61,457 nucleotides of DNA. Source: Candidatus Thalassarchaeum sp. (lineage in GTDB: Archaea > Thermoplasmatota > Poseidoniia > Poseidoniales > Thalassarchaeaceae). A program made the translations under genes and the position numbers. Below, piece by piece: positions 36,136 to 45,539 of the stretch (positions are counted from its first letter, which is position 1; each line of letters opens with the position of its first letter). A model generated the notes under the pieces. That model was not told where the DNA came from. It ran no database searches and saw only the letters and a program-made list of their open reading frames with translations. The DNA lies in NCBI GenBank assembly GCA_022451235.1, contig JAKUOA010000008.1:49584-111040 (forward strand), given 5' to 3'.

Positions 36136-39100
36136 TCATCACCTCCGAGAGCATCATCTAGAACCTTAGTGATATCAAATGGAAGTCCCTTTCGACTTCT
36201 TGCTGGGTCAATTCCATCTTCACCATATTCGAATTGGATGATTCTGTCAGCAGTATTTCTTACTGAACCATTTTCGTCTTCAGACACCTTAAGATCGTCC
36301 ATAGCATTGATTAGACGTCGCTGCATATATCCTGACTTAGATGTACGAACCGCAGTATCAACCAAAGATTCTCGGCCAGATACTGATAGCATGAAGAATT
36401 CTGTTGGTTGAAGGCCTTGCTTGAATGAAGAAGAAACGAACCCCTTTTCTTCGGCTCCTTTTACGCCACGAGGGAAGTGCGATAGTACTCTGTCTTGGTA
36501 TCCTCGTTCTAGTCTCTTTCCACGAACCTTTGGTTGACCAATGGAACCAGCCATCATTGCTAAGTTGTCCATGGAACCACGAGCACCAGAAGTTGCCATA
36601 ATTACCGCAGAGTTATCCTCACCGAGGTAGGACTTTGCTACATTACCAGATTCTGCCTTAGCAGAGTCTAGAATCTGTAGGATGTTCTCTTCAAGTGTCT
36701 CAATTGGAGTTCTTCCTGGTCGTGTCTCATATCCACGTCCACTTTTACCAAACTTTGCTAATTCAGCGTCTACTTCGTCGCTAGCTCGGACATTGATATC
36801 GGAGATTTCTTTAATTGCCGCGAGGGGTAAGTCTTCGTCATCAATTCCAGTGGTGAATCCAAGGGATGTACAAATTGCGATTGTCATCTTTGTCATTCGG
36901 TTTAGGAATTCGGCCCCTTTGTCAGTGCCATGAGTTTGAACTACCGCGTCCAGTAACCTACCGTCTTCAGCTCCAATACCCCGCTTGTCAATCGTACCAC
37001 TTACAAGACCCTTTGAAGTGACATTGACTTCGTCTCCACTTCTGCTGGTGTAGTTTAGTTTGAACCCAGCAGGAACAATTAGACTGAGGAGATCGGCACC
37101 CCTGTACCCAACAATGCCATCCTTGCTAGTAACTTCTTCAGGCATATCGCCATCCCAGCCAACGGAACCCAATACTTCCATGGCCAATTCCTTAGGTATT
37201 ACTCTCTCACCATGAGTTAGTAGATAAGCGCCCGAAATATGGTCATGAATTCCTCCAATTACAGCACCTCCATATCTTGGTGTAATGATATGCTCCTGAA
37301 CTCGCATCAGAATCTTTGCTTCGGCTCTTGCCTCTTCAGATTGAATTACGTGGAGGTTCATTTCGTCTCCATCGAAATCAGCATTGTAAGGTGTACAATC
37401 TGCTAGATTGAAGCGGAAAGTCTTTCCGGGCATGACACGAACTTCGTGAACTAACATAGACATCCTGTGAAGAGAGGGCTGTCGGTTGAAGATTGCAACA
37501 TCACCGTCGATGAGGTGCCTTTCGACTACAACACCCGGGCGAGGGTTTCCATCCCTGTCGTAATTTGACAGGCGGTCTTCCACTTCAGTTCGGTATACAT
37601 TACCGTGCTCGTCTTCCACCGCAGGACTGCCACAATGAGGGCAGTACACTTCAAGGTGCTCTGGGAAAAATTCGTCTGGGTTGTTCTTTTCCCATACCCA
37701 ACGGTTGTGAATGATAGCTCGAGGGTCTTCTTCTTCGAGTGGTCGACCGTTTTCGTCCTCACCACGAAGGTTGCAAATTGTAGTATCAAGATCTACTGAC
37801 CAAACATCCTCAAGATCTCCAAATTCGTTCCTTCGCATTTGCTTCATTAGTTCAAGACCTGGAAGGAAGTTAGGTGCAGGAAGTACTGTGTTGAGGTCCG
37901 GTCGATATCCATCATACGGCTCTTCGTCGCTTCCACCGTGACAATCTGGATTTAAACAGCGGAATCCGGCCCAAATGTACTTCGTTCTATCAGTAATTCT
38001 GACTCGGAAAGTGTCTCCACGAATAATATAGTTAACACCAGGGTGAACATCTGGCCCACGTAGAATCATTCTTCGTAATTGTTCTCGGTTCCTGCTTGTT
38101 GCTCGGATTGGAACAGTCAATTCTTTAGCAGTTCGAACTGGGACACCTACCTCGTTGATTCCAAGATTTGGATCTGGGCTGATTACTGTTCGGGCACAGA
38201 AGTTAACTCGCTTTCCTGAAAGGTTGCTCCGGAATCTTCCTTCCTTCCCCTTCAGACGTTGTGAAAGAGTCTTCAGAGGCCTTCCTGATCGGTGTCTTGC
38301 TGGTGGAATGCCACTTGTCTGATTATCGAAATATGTCGTGACGTGATATTGCAACAACTCCCAAAGATCTTCCACAATCAATTGTGGAGCTCCTGCGTCA
38401 CGGTTTTCACGGAGACGTTGGTTGATTCTGAGAACGTCGACCATTTTGTGAGTAAGATCGTCTTCAGAGCGATCGCCACTATCTAATGTGATTGATGGAC
38501 GAACTGTAATCGGAGGTACTGGAAGAACCTTCATTATCGACCACTCAGGTCTACTGGAATTACTATCCATTCCAAGGAAAATTAGGTGTTCGTCTGGAAT
38601 CTTTTCTAGCCATTCACGGATATCTCTTGCATTGAGCTTGTGTTCTCCCTTGTCGGCTTTCTTCTCCTTGAAAGTAGAAGGCTTGTCAAGGAGGATTTTA
38701 CCTTGCTCTGCCCCACAGTGCATGCAGATTGCACGCTTGGCACTGGAACATTCCTTCTCAATTTCCTTGATGATTTTCTTGAATTCAGTCGAACCAACGC
38801 CATGTTTTTGCATTACGTCGTGAACACGGTCGCGGTAGTAATCTTGTTCCGACTTTTCTGGATCTAGAGGGTGAGTATCTGTTGCACTGTGCAATAGAAT
38901 TTGGCTACATTCGTTGCAAGTGCACTTCAGAGCCGTCTTGATAAGAGGGGTGAATCCAATGTGAATTACTGGTAGTTCAAGAGCAATGTGACCAAAGTGA
39001 CTAGGGCACTCGTCATGCTTGTTTCCACATGTCTCACAGCGAATACCTGGGTCAATAACTCCCATTTTAGGATCCATGAGACCCTGCTTGAATGCGTGTC

Positions 39101-39230
39101 CATCATCCTTGTATGTATCAGCCGTCTTGACTTCCACAGCAGACATTTTCCGGATCTCGTTTGGATCCATTAGGCTGAACTTAATCGAATCTATCCTCTT
39201 TGGGATTTTTGCTACTCCACGGGCACTCAT
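36132..39230 (-). CDS. rpoA1: DNA-directed RNA polymerase subunit A'
   Basis: Zinc motifs CETCGN...[23 protein letters not shown] catalytic loop. 1032 aa, with an internal insertion. Confidence 0.95.
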   Translation of the reverse strand: MSARGVAKIPKRIDSIKFSLMDPNEIRKMSAVEVKTADTYKDDGHAFKQGLMDPKMGVIDPGIRCETCGNKHDECPSHFGHIALELPVIHIGFTPLIKTALKCTCNECSQILLHSATDTHPLDPEKSEQDYYRDRVHDVMQKHGVGSTEFKKIIKEIEKECSSAKRAICMHCGAEQGKILLDKPSTFKEKKADKGEHKLNARDIREWLEKIPDEHLIFLGMDSNSSRPEWSIMKVLPVPPITVRPSITLDSGDRSEDDLTHKMVDVLRINQRLRENRDAGAPQLIVEDLWELLQYHVTTYFDNQTSGIPPARHRSGRPLKTLSQRLKGKEGRFRSNLSGKRVNFCARTVISPDPNLGINEVGVPVRTAKELTVPIRATSRNREQLRRMILRGPDVHPGVNYIIRGDTFRVRITDRTKYIWAGFRCLNPDCHGGSDEEPYDGYRPDLNTVLPAPNFLPGLELMKQMRRNEFGDLEDVWSVDLDTTICNLRGEDENGRPLEEEDPRAIIHNRWVWEKNNPDEFFPEHLEVYCPHCGSPAVEDEHGNVYRTEVEDRLSNYDRDGNPRPGVVVERHLIDGDVAIFNRQPSLHRMSMLVHEVRVMPGKTFRFNLADCTPYNADFDGDEMNLHVIQSEEARAEAKILMRVQEHIITPRYGGAVIGGIHDHISGAYLLTHGERVIPKELAMEVLGSVGWDGDMPEEVTSKDGIVGYRGADLLSLIVPAGFKLNYTSRSGDEVNVTSKGLVSGTIDKRGIGAEDGRLLDAVVQTHGTDKGAEFLNRMTKMTIAICTSLGFTTGIDDEDLPLAAIKEISDINVRASDEVDAELAKFGKSGRGYETRPGRTPIETLEENILQILDSAKAESGNVAKSYLGEDNSAVIMATSGARGSMDNLAMMAGSIGQPKVRGKRLERGYQDRVLSHFPRGVKGAEEKGFVSSSFKQGLQPTEFFMLSVSGRESLVDTAVRTSKSGYMQRRLINAMDDLKVSEDENGSVRNTADRIIQFEYGEDGIDPARSRKGLPFDITKVLDDALGGDE

Positions 39231-42200
39231 CTTCGGTCCTCCAATTCAAGGCGCATAGCCACTCCAAGACTCTTCATTTCGTCCAGAAGTAACTTGAAAG
39301 CATAGGAAGTTTGGACAGAATGAACGTCTGCTCGATCTCCACAGACCGGGCAGACGGGTGTCCTCCTCTTCCAATCATAATATGCAATATGTCCACAGCC
39401 GCTATTATTACAAACCATAAGTGGCCAACCATCTGATTCATCGAGTAACCTGTCCTTGATTACCATCGATGCACCGTGTGCAATCAAACAGTCTCTTTCC
39501 ATTTCTCCAAACCTCAGACCACCTTGTCGAGCACGGCCTTCCGTTGGTTGGCGAGTTAGAATTTGTACACGACCACGACTGCGAGCATGTAACTTACTAC
39601 TAACTAGGTGGTGTAGCCTCTGATAGAAAATCACTCCAGTGAATATCTCGGCTTCAAATGCTTCTCCTGTTTCCCCATTCATCATAGGCTCACGGCCTGT
39701 ATGGGCAAATCCATTTCGAAGTAGTCCTGCGCGAAGAGAATCTTCCTTCTCGCCACCAAATGCAGTACCGTCGATTTGACGACCCTCCATCGAACCAACC
39801 TTTCCTCCGATCATTTCCAGAACGTGGGCTACGGTCATTCGAGATGGGATAGCGTGCGGATTGATAATCAAGTCAGGCACGATTCCATCAACGGTGAAAG
39901 GCATGTCCTTTTCATCTACAAGTCGACCGATTATACCCTTCTGACCGTGTCGACTTGCAAACTTATCACCAAGTTCAGGTATCTTTTCGGTTCTAAGTGA
40001 AATTCGACAGAGTAAACCGGAATCTAGAGACTCGGTCACGTACACGTTGTCTACCCATCCTGATTCGCCATTACGAACCATCATTGATGACTCTCGACGC
40101 TCCTGAGCTTGCAAGAAATGTCCGTGAGATTCTTCGAGGAATCTTGGAGGACTTGTCTTTCCTACTAATACTCCGGTCTCGGCTCCAATACTTGACAAGT
40201 GAGTTTCTGGTGTGGGTAGCCCATCTCTCTCGAGATGGACATAACTCTCCCATGATTTCAGACCTTTGACTTCATCAAGGCCCGTTCCTGGAATCTCAAT
40301 TTGTTCTTTCTGACCACCAGGGAACTGTTTGTTCTCAGCATTATATGTGCGTATGAAAGATGAACGGCCAAGTGAACGCTCGACTGCGGCTCTATTCATT
40401 ACAACAGCGTCTTGCATATTGTATCCGTGATGACTCAATATAGCCACTACGAAATTCTGCCCGCCTGGCCTCTGTGCGAAATTGGTGGTCTTCATTGAAC
40501 GAGTACCGACAATTGATTGTTGAGGATAATGCATTACGTGCATACGAGTGTCTGGCCTTAATCTGTAGTTCGCACTTGGAAGACCGAGACTTTGCTTGAC
40601 CATTGCAGTACCGCCAGTAACTCTCGGTGTGGAATTATGCTCTGGGTAAGGTACGAGTGATGCACACACCCCTAGAATTAGTTGTGGGTCTATCTCAACA
40701 TGAGTGTATGCGAGAACAGTATTCTGCCTCTTTTGTTTTCTTAGAATAGCCTCAAGATCCTCTTGATAGTAGTTGAGAGGTACACTGAAATTTTCTATCT
40801 CTGAATCGCCATTGGGCATCTTGACTTCTACTCGCAACTTTGCTTTCTTTATCTGGGATTTACCTAGGTTTACCCATTCTACAGAAGCCGGATTTATTGG
40901 GCGGCCATGCTTGGGAGAAATAGATGGTAAATCAAATGGACGAGGGGCGATAAGTAGGTCTTCCTCTTCTTCTGCGTCAACCCATTCAACAACACCATTT
41001 GACACTAAATCGGAAAAAGTCCATTCTCCGGATTTAATTAAGTCGATGTGATCTTTTGATAGTGCTAAATCTCCATCTTGAATAACCAACAATGGCCTTA
41101 GTATTCGACCTCTATCGGTATTGATGAAAATATCCCTATTGGCACCATCATAGCGAATGCTTACCTCGGGGCGGATTCGCCCTTGGCGCCTTCGAGCCTT
41201 GAATTGATTGACTAATCTTGTTGCATTTTTATGCAATCCAAAAATATCCCCATTGACGTGGACACGGAATCCTTCTGCCCATCCTGATGGAGAAGAATCC
41301 ACGCCTGCTTCACTCAGAAGTTGCTTTACTTCATTTTCATGAACCTCTTCAGAGACGTCTATCATTTGAGAAGCGTTCTTTACTAAGCCGCAGTTTTGGC
41401 CTTCGGGAGTTTCGTTAGGACAAAGTCTACCCCACTGAGTGGGGTGTAGGTCTCGAGCTTCGAAGTGTGGTTGACTGCGAACTAAAGGACTTGTGACCCT
41501 GCGCATGTGAGACAAAGCGGCAAGATAGGTTGTTCTGTCTAGAAGTTGGCTGACACCGCTGCGTCCACCAACCCAATTTCCAGTCGCCAAAGCGTGCATG
41601 ATTTTCTGAGTTAGAACGTCTGGTCGCAAACAGGCATTAATTCTTAGCTCGCGCTTTCTGTTGTGGTGACGCTCTAGTTGGTACTTTAGGTCACGTGCAA
41701 GTTGTTGCATACTTACTCGGAATAAATCCTCAACTAAGTCGCCAGCCAGTCTAACTCTCTTGTTAGCATAGTGGTCCTTGTCGTTAGGGTCTTGGTCTGT
41801 AATCGCCATCTCAAGTACTTGGCGAACGATTCGACCGAGAAATATGGCTTTCTTTTCTCGATGTTCAGGGGCAGAACCAAGGTGCGGCAGGAGTTCCTTG
41901 TCTAATAAATTCTGAATCCTGGCCTCTCTGTATTCCTTTTGTTGACCTGCGGCGAATTTCTTCTCTAGCCACTGTAGTGCTTCTTCCGTGTTCTCGACAT
42001 TGTACTCCTCGTTGTCTTTGGTCTCGTTTAGATTGGCAACAGTATATTTCATTGCTTCAGCAGGACCTGCAATTGCAGTAAAAATCTCCTTATCATTTTC
42101 CATACCCAGTGAGCGCATTAGCAATACAACAGGGATTGGAGTTGTTCCAGCACTTGGGATCTTGACCATCAGCATCCCGTCGCGGCGCTTTTCGATATTC

Positions 42201-42913
42201 AACGGCTTTCTAACTCCGTCTTTTTGAGAGAAAATCTTGGCAACCTCAGTCTCGTGAGCATATTTCTTGTTCTTTTCCACAGTCACGCGGTTTGGTGCTA
42301 AGTCTTCCATTGAGATTAACACTCGCTCTGTTCCGTTAATGATGAAATATCCACCTGGATCTAGAGGATCCTCTCCTGCTCGGCGAAGTAACTCGGTTAG
42401 TCTGTCAGCATCTTCTGTCGAAGTATGAGGAGATAATTTCCTATCATCATCGGCACACAGGTGAGATATGTGATTAGCGTGTACATTACATTGAGCCGAA
42501 CGAACCATGATTGGAAGATTTCCTATGTGGACCCTTTCTTCCACATCAGGTGTTGGTTTATCGTCATGGATAATCTGGAAGTCTAAGTGTACTGGTGAGA
42601 AATATGTTAGTTTTCGAAGCCTGCACTCTAATGGAGTTGCTGGGTGCTCTGCTCCATTTGCCTCCTTAATTGTGGGGCGACCGAGATGAATATTCTTCAA
42701 GCGGATAACTATCTCCTTGTCTAGAACGTCGAGTTTGATTATTCCACCATCATCGTCTTCAATTACCTCATCTGTTCCAATTCTAATATTACGAACGATT
42801 TTTTCCATTCGACTTACTTTACCATCAGTGGATGGGATGCAATCATTGTAAGACGCTAATTGATGATTAACCAGGCTTCTTTGTTGAAAATAACTCTCTA
42901 CGATTTCCTTCAT
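39227..42913 (-). CDS. rpoB: DNA-directed RNA polymerase subunit B (unsplit)
   Basis: GYFIINGTERV, GDKFASRHGQKG, FGEMERD and a C-terminal zinc ribbon CNNSGCGH...CPVCG. Single 1228-aa ORF. Confidence 0.95.
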   Translation of the reverse strand: MKEIVESYFQQRSLVNHQLASYNDCIPSTDGKVSRMEKIVRNIRIGTDEVIEDDDGGIIKLDVLDKEIVIRLKNIHLGRPTIKEANGAEHPATPLECRLRKLTYFSPVHLDFQIIHDDKPTPDVEERVHIGNLPIMVRSAQCNVHANHISHLCADDDRKLSPHTSTEDADRLTELLRRAGEDPLDPGGYFIINGTERVLISMEDLAPNRVTVEKNKKYAHETEVAKIFSQKDGVRKPLNIEKRRDGMLMVKIPSAGTTPIPVVLLMRSLGMENDKEIFTAIAGPAEAMKYTVANLNETKDNEEYNVENTEEALQWLEKKFAAGQQKEYREARIQNLLDKELLPHLGSAPEHREKKAIFLGRIVRQVLEMAITDQDPNDKDHYANKRVRLAGDLVEDLFRVSMQQLARDLKYQLERHHNRKRELRINACLRPDVLTQKIMHALATGNWVGGRSGVSQLLDRTTYLAALSHMRRVTSPLVRSQPHFEARDLHPTQWGRLCPNETPEGQNCGLVKNASQMIDVSEEVHENEVKQLLSEAGVDSSPSGWAEGFRVHVNGDIFGLHKNATRLVNQFKARRRQGRIRPEVSIRYDGANRDIFINTDRGRILRPLLVIQDGDLALSKDHIDLIKSGEWTFSDLVSNGVVEWVDAEEEEDLLIAPRPFDLPSISPKHGRPINPASVEWVNLGKSQIKKAKLRVEVKMPNGDSEIENFSVPLNYYQEDLEAILRKQKRQNTVLAYTHVEIDPQLILGVCASLVPYPEHNSTPRVTGGTAMVKQSLGLPSANYRLRPDTRMHVMHYPQQSIVGTRSMKTTNFAQRPGGQNFVVAILSHHGYNMQDAVVMNRAAVERSLGRSSFIRTYNAENKQFPGGQKEQIEIPGTGLDEVKGLKSWESYVHLERDGLPTPETHLSSIGAETGVLVGKTSPPRFLEESHGHFLQAQERRESSMMVRNGESGWVDNVYVTESLDSGLLCRISLRTEKIPELGDKFASRHGQKGIIGRLVDEKDMPFTVDGIVPDLIINPHAIPSRMTVAHVLEMIGGKVGSMEGRQIDGTAFGGEKEDSLRAGLLRNGFAHTGREPMMNGETGEAFEAEIFTGVIFYQRLHHLVSSKLHARSRGRVQILTRQPTEGRARQGGLRFGEMERDCLIAHGASMVIKDRLLDESDGWPLMVCNNSGCGHIAYYDWKRRTPVCPVCGDRADVHSVQTSYAFKLLLDEMKSLGVAMRLELEDRR

Positions 42914-42925
42914 ACTATCAACTCC

Positions 42926-43513
42926 TCAAGCACTCTCCACAATTAGTCTGAACGCTGTACTTGAACCAGCAACTCGACTATATCGAATTACTCGGACTAC
43001 TCTGTTTGCAAGCCATCCTGCTGGTAAGTCCTCATTCTCAGACTCTACCTTTTCTTTGATGGCTTGAACTGCAGGATCGGTGATCAGAATCTTAGGCAAT
43101 AGCTCCTTTGCGAGTCTAACCCCTCCTGAATTGTCGGGGACCTCTAGACCCCAATGAGACAAAACAGCTGATTCGTCTTCTTCGGAGACCAACTCATGGT
43201 GCGGCACTAAGATGTGATTTAGTACATTAAAGCGATCATCACCTTGTGGTATGTCCATCATTTCCAGAGCTTTTCTTGAAATTGTTATTCTACCGGAGCG
43301 ACTGCGTCGACGAGAGGTGTTGTGCTCTCTGATAATGGTCATGATATTCTCTAGGGTAGCATCACTCATCGCGACTCCAGTCTTTTCAGACACTTCCTCA
43401 ACCGTCATTCTCTTGATTGCATCCATGTTTGCGTCGTCAGCGAGTTTGTGAGCATGTTCTGCATCGATGCCCAACTCGATTAGACGCTTTTTTGTCGAAC
43501 TCTTTACTGCCAT
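42926..43513 (-). CDS. rpoH: DNA-directed RNA polymerase subunit H (Rpb5-like) with an N-terminal extension of about 95 aa
   Basis: C-terminal HILVPHHELVSEEDE...ITDPAVQAIK...VVRVIRYSRVAG is the RpoH core. First gene of the rpoH-B-A'-A'' operon. Confidence 0.85.
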   Translation of the reverse strand: MAVKSSTKKRLIELGIDAEHAHKLADDANMDAIKRMTVEEVSEKTGVAMSDATLENIMTIIREHNTSRRRSRSGRITISRKALEMMDIPQGDDRFNVLNHILVPHHELVSEEDESAVLSHWGLEVPDNSGGVRLAKELLPKILITDPAVQAIKEKVESENEDLPAGWLANRVVRVIRYSRVAGSSTAFRLIVESA

Positions 43514-43562
43514 TTGCGCCGCCCCGATGCCCAGAAAACCGTGGGCCTGAGGCTTGGTCAGG

Positions 43563-43636
43563 CGGGCCTGGAGGGATTTGAACCCCCGGCCACCGGGTTA
43601 AAAGCCCGGCGCTCTACCTGACTAAGCTACAGGCCC
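43563..43636 (-). tRNA. tRNA-Lys (anticodon UUU), no encoded CCA
   Basis: Hand-folded. Acceptor GGGCCTG/CAGGCCC. D-arm GCTT/GAGC. Anticodon stem CCGGG/CCCGG with loop CTTTTAA. T-arm GGGGG-TTCAAAT-CCCTC. Discriminator G. Confidence 0.85.
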
Positions 43637-43765
43637 ATGGCTAGTGCTGGGCTACCGGGCGACCGAAGGGGTGTTTAAGAAAGTGACGGTCTATGCGTAG
43701 CATAGGCGAGGCTGGGTCGTTTGCCCTCTGGGGGCCCGAGAGAGCGAAGTTAAGTATGGACTCCC

Positions 43766-45169
43766 ATGAATAAAGGTTTTCGAAATTTAGGTGAAATAAT
43801 GGGTTCTGATGAAATATTGAGAGAGGTAGATTATTCCTCTTCGGCAAAATCTAGAGTCTGTAATTTTAAGATTAAAGGGGGTGACTCAATCAAGTTGATG
43901 GTCCCACCCACTGTTTACCCACCTAGAAGTGATACTGATCTCTTACTCCGGGGTCTGAATAGCGTAAAGATGCAAACTGGAAACCTGGTGGAGATAGGAT
44001 GTGGCTCTGGAGCCATTTCAATTGCAATGGCCCTAGGTGGCTGGAATGTAACAGCCTTTGATGTAAATCCTCTAGCGGTTGTGGCAACAATAGGAAATTC
44101 TGAAGTTGCGGGTGTGGGTGATAATGTTACTGTAGAAGAGGGAGGCGTAGGCGGGGAAAATTGGACGTTACCTAAAGATGCAGATATGGTAGTATGGAAC
44201 CTTCCATACTTAGCTCCAGATTTAGAAAACATGCTTGGCCCAATGGAAGAGGCCGCTATGACTGATGATCCGAATTTAGGTTGGTCAGAAAAATTACTCA
44301 GTATTGTAAATGATGAGAGTAAAAAAGATACTATATTTATACTACTAATGAGTTCAGATTCAAACCCCAAAAATTCCCCATTGGCTTGGACAAAGAAAGG
44401 TTGGTCGCGACGGACTCTGGCGGCTGAAAGAGTAGGTGATGACACCCTAGAAGTCGTAGCTTTCTGGCGACCAGGATTTGGTTCCAAATCAGAGTATATA
44501 GAGGTGACAAACTCCACCATGGATGAGGCAAGAAAATTACCGAAAGTCGGCTGGCAAAGAATCCGCTCTGGAGAACAGATCAATGGAAGAGGAAGAAGGG
44601 GCGCAAATTGGTATTCAAAAAAAGGTGATTTGATCGCCTCTTGGAGTGTTGGACTAGATGAAATTAATCGATGGGCTCCCGGACTACTACAAGTCTCGAT
44701 TGGAGCTTCAATTAGCGAAGCATTAGGCATACAATTGAAATGGCCAAATGATTTGATTTTCCAACAAAAAAAATGCGGTGGAATTCTTCTTGAATCTAGC
44801 ACCTCGGAAGGAAGGGTTAGAATTGGTGTCGGATTGAACAAGGATGCTCGAGAGATAGACGGGGTTTCTTACGCCGGTTGGGAAGATTATTTGGGTGACA
44901 TAGACGCCGAACATATGTTCCAAATTATCGATGCTTCAATAGCATCAATATTGGATTCTTCGCCGCCAATAGAAAGTGCTGTGGATACACTATGGCAACA
45001 AAAATCTTGGATTAAATTGAGCGAAATCCTATCAAGAGGGGTGATTACCCAATACGATGAAAAAACAGTAAATGTTGTTGGCCTTTCAAACACAGGCGCA
45101 TTAAAGGCCCGTTCTGCAAATTCAAAACATGACATTCAAGATGTGGGTGAATTTTTCATTACTTTCTAA
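43766..45169 (+). CDS. Fusion protein: HemK/Mtq2-like class I methyltransferase plus biotin--protein ligase (BirA catalytic domain)
   Basis: N-terminal half has VEIGCGSGAISIAMA (SAM motif I) and VVWNLPYL (NPPY-like). C-terminal half has GRGRRGANWYS and LKWPNDL...KKCGGILLE (BPL motifs). Start codon uncertain (43766 or the ATG of MGSDEIL). Confidence 0.75.
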   Translation: MNKGFRNLGEIMGSDEILREVDYSSSAKSRVCNFKIKGGDSIKLMVPPTVYPPRSDTDLLLRGLNSVKMQTGNLVEIGCGSGAISIAMALGGWNVTAFDVNPLAVVATIGNSEVAGVGDNVTVEEGGVGGENWTLPKDADMVVWNLPYLAPDLENMLGPMEEAAMTDDPNLGWSEKLLSIVNDESKKDTIFILLMSSDSNPKNSPLAWTKKGWSRRTLAAERVGDDTLEVVAFWRPGFGSKSEYIEVTNSTMDEARKLPKVGWQRIRSGEQINGRGRRGANWYSKKGDLIASWSVGLDEINRWAPGLLQVSIGASISEALGIQLKWPNDLIFQQKKCGGILLESSTSEGRVRIGVGLNKDAREIDGVSYAGWEDYLGDIDAEHMFQIIDASIASILDSSPPIESAVDTLWQQKSWIKLSEILSRGVITQYDEKTVNVVGLSNTGALKARSANSKHDIQDVGEFFITF

Positions 45170-45467
45170 CTGATCTTGAAAGACCCATTCTATCTCTAAC
45201 CAACCTGATTTTTCCAGAGGTGGTCAGACTTTCAATTTCAGTGTGTGATCCGAATTTTTCCTTGGCCAACTGTATATCTTTTAGATTCACCCTAATGATA
45301 ACTAATGTATGCGAATCTATACCTAAGCAATCAAACATTGTAAAATTTATGTCGGCCAATATTTGCTGGATTATTGCTGTTGCAGAATTGCGAGATAATT
45401 GACTCTCTTCTATGCGCAAACCCAACCAACGAAATTTGCCGCGAGAGGCTTTGCTCTGCCGAGTCAT
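45159..45467 (-). CDS. Possible RNase P protein component Pop5 (Rnp2)
   Basis: About 100 aa. The FRWLGLRIE...LVIIRVNLKD...TSGKIRLVR pattern resembles Pop5. Tentative. Confidence 0.45.
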   Translation of the reverse strand: MTRQSKASRGKFRWLGLRIEESQLSRNSATAIIQQILADINFTMFDCLGIDSHTLVIIRVNLKDIQLAKEKFGSHTEIESLTTSGKIRLVRDRMGLSRSVRK

Positions 45468-45539
45468 GTAACTGTGACTAGGTAGCGATGCTTAACGAGT
45501 TCGCGTATGAATATACTTCGAAAAATTCATTGAATGACA

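Noticed and set aside
37533-37997. Intein in RpoA'
   Set aside because: The inserted segment has no intein junction pattern: no N-terminal Cys/Ser nucleophile block, and no His-Asn followed by Cys/Ser/Thr. The only HN is followed by Arg. It is better explained as a zinc-ribbon insertion domain.
43915-44841. 308-aa minus-strand ORF antisense to the methyltransferase-BirA gene
   Set aside because: It is a shadow ORF. The plus-strand frame carries clear SAM-methyltransferase and BPL motifs, while the antisense translation is Ser/Pro/Phe-rich with no motif.
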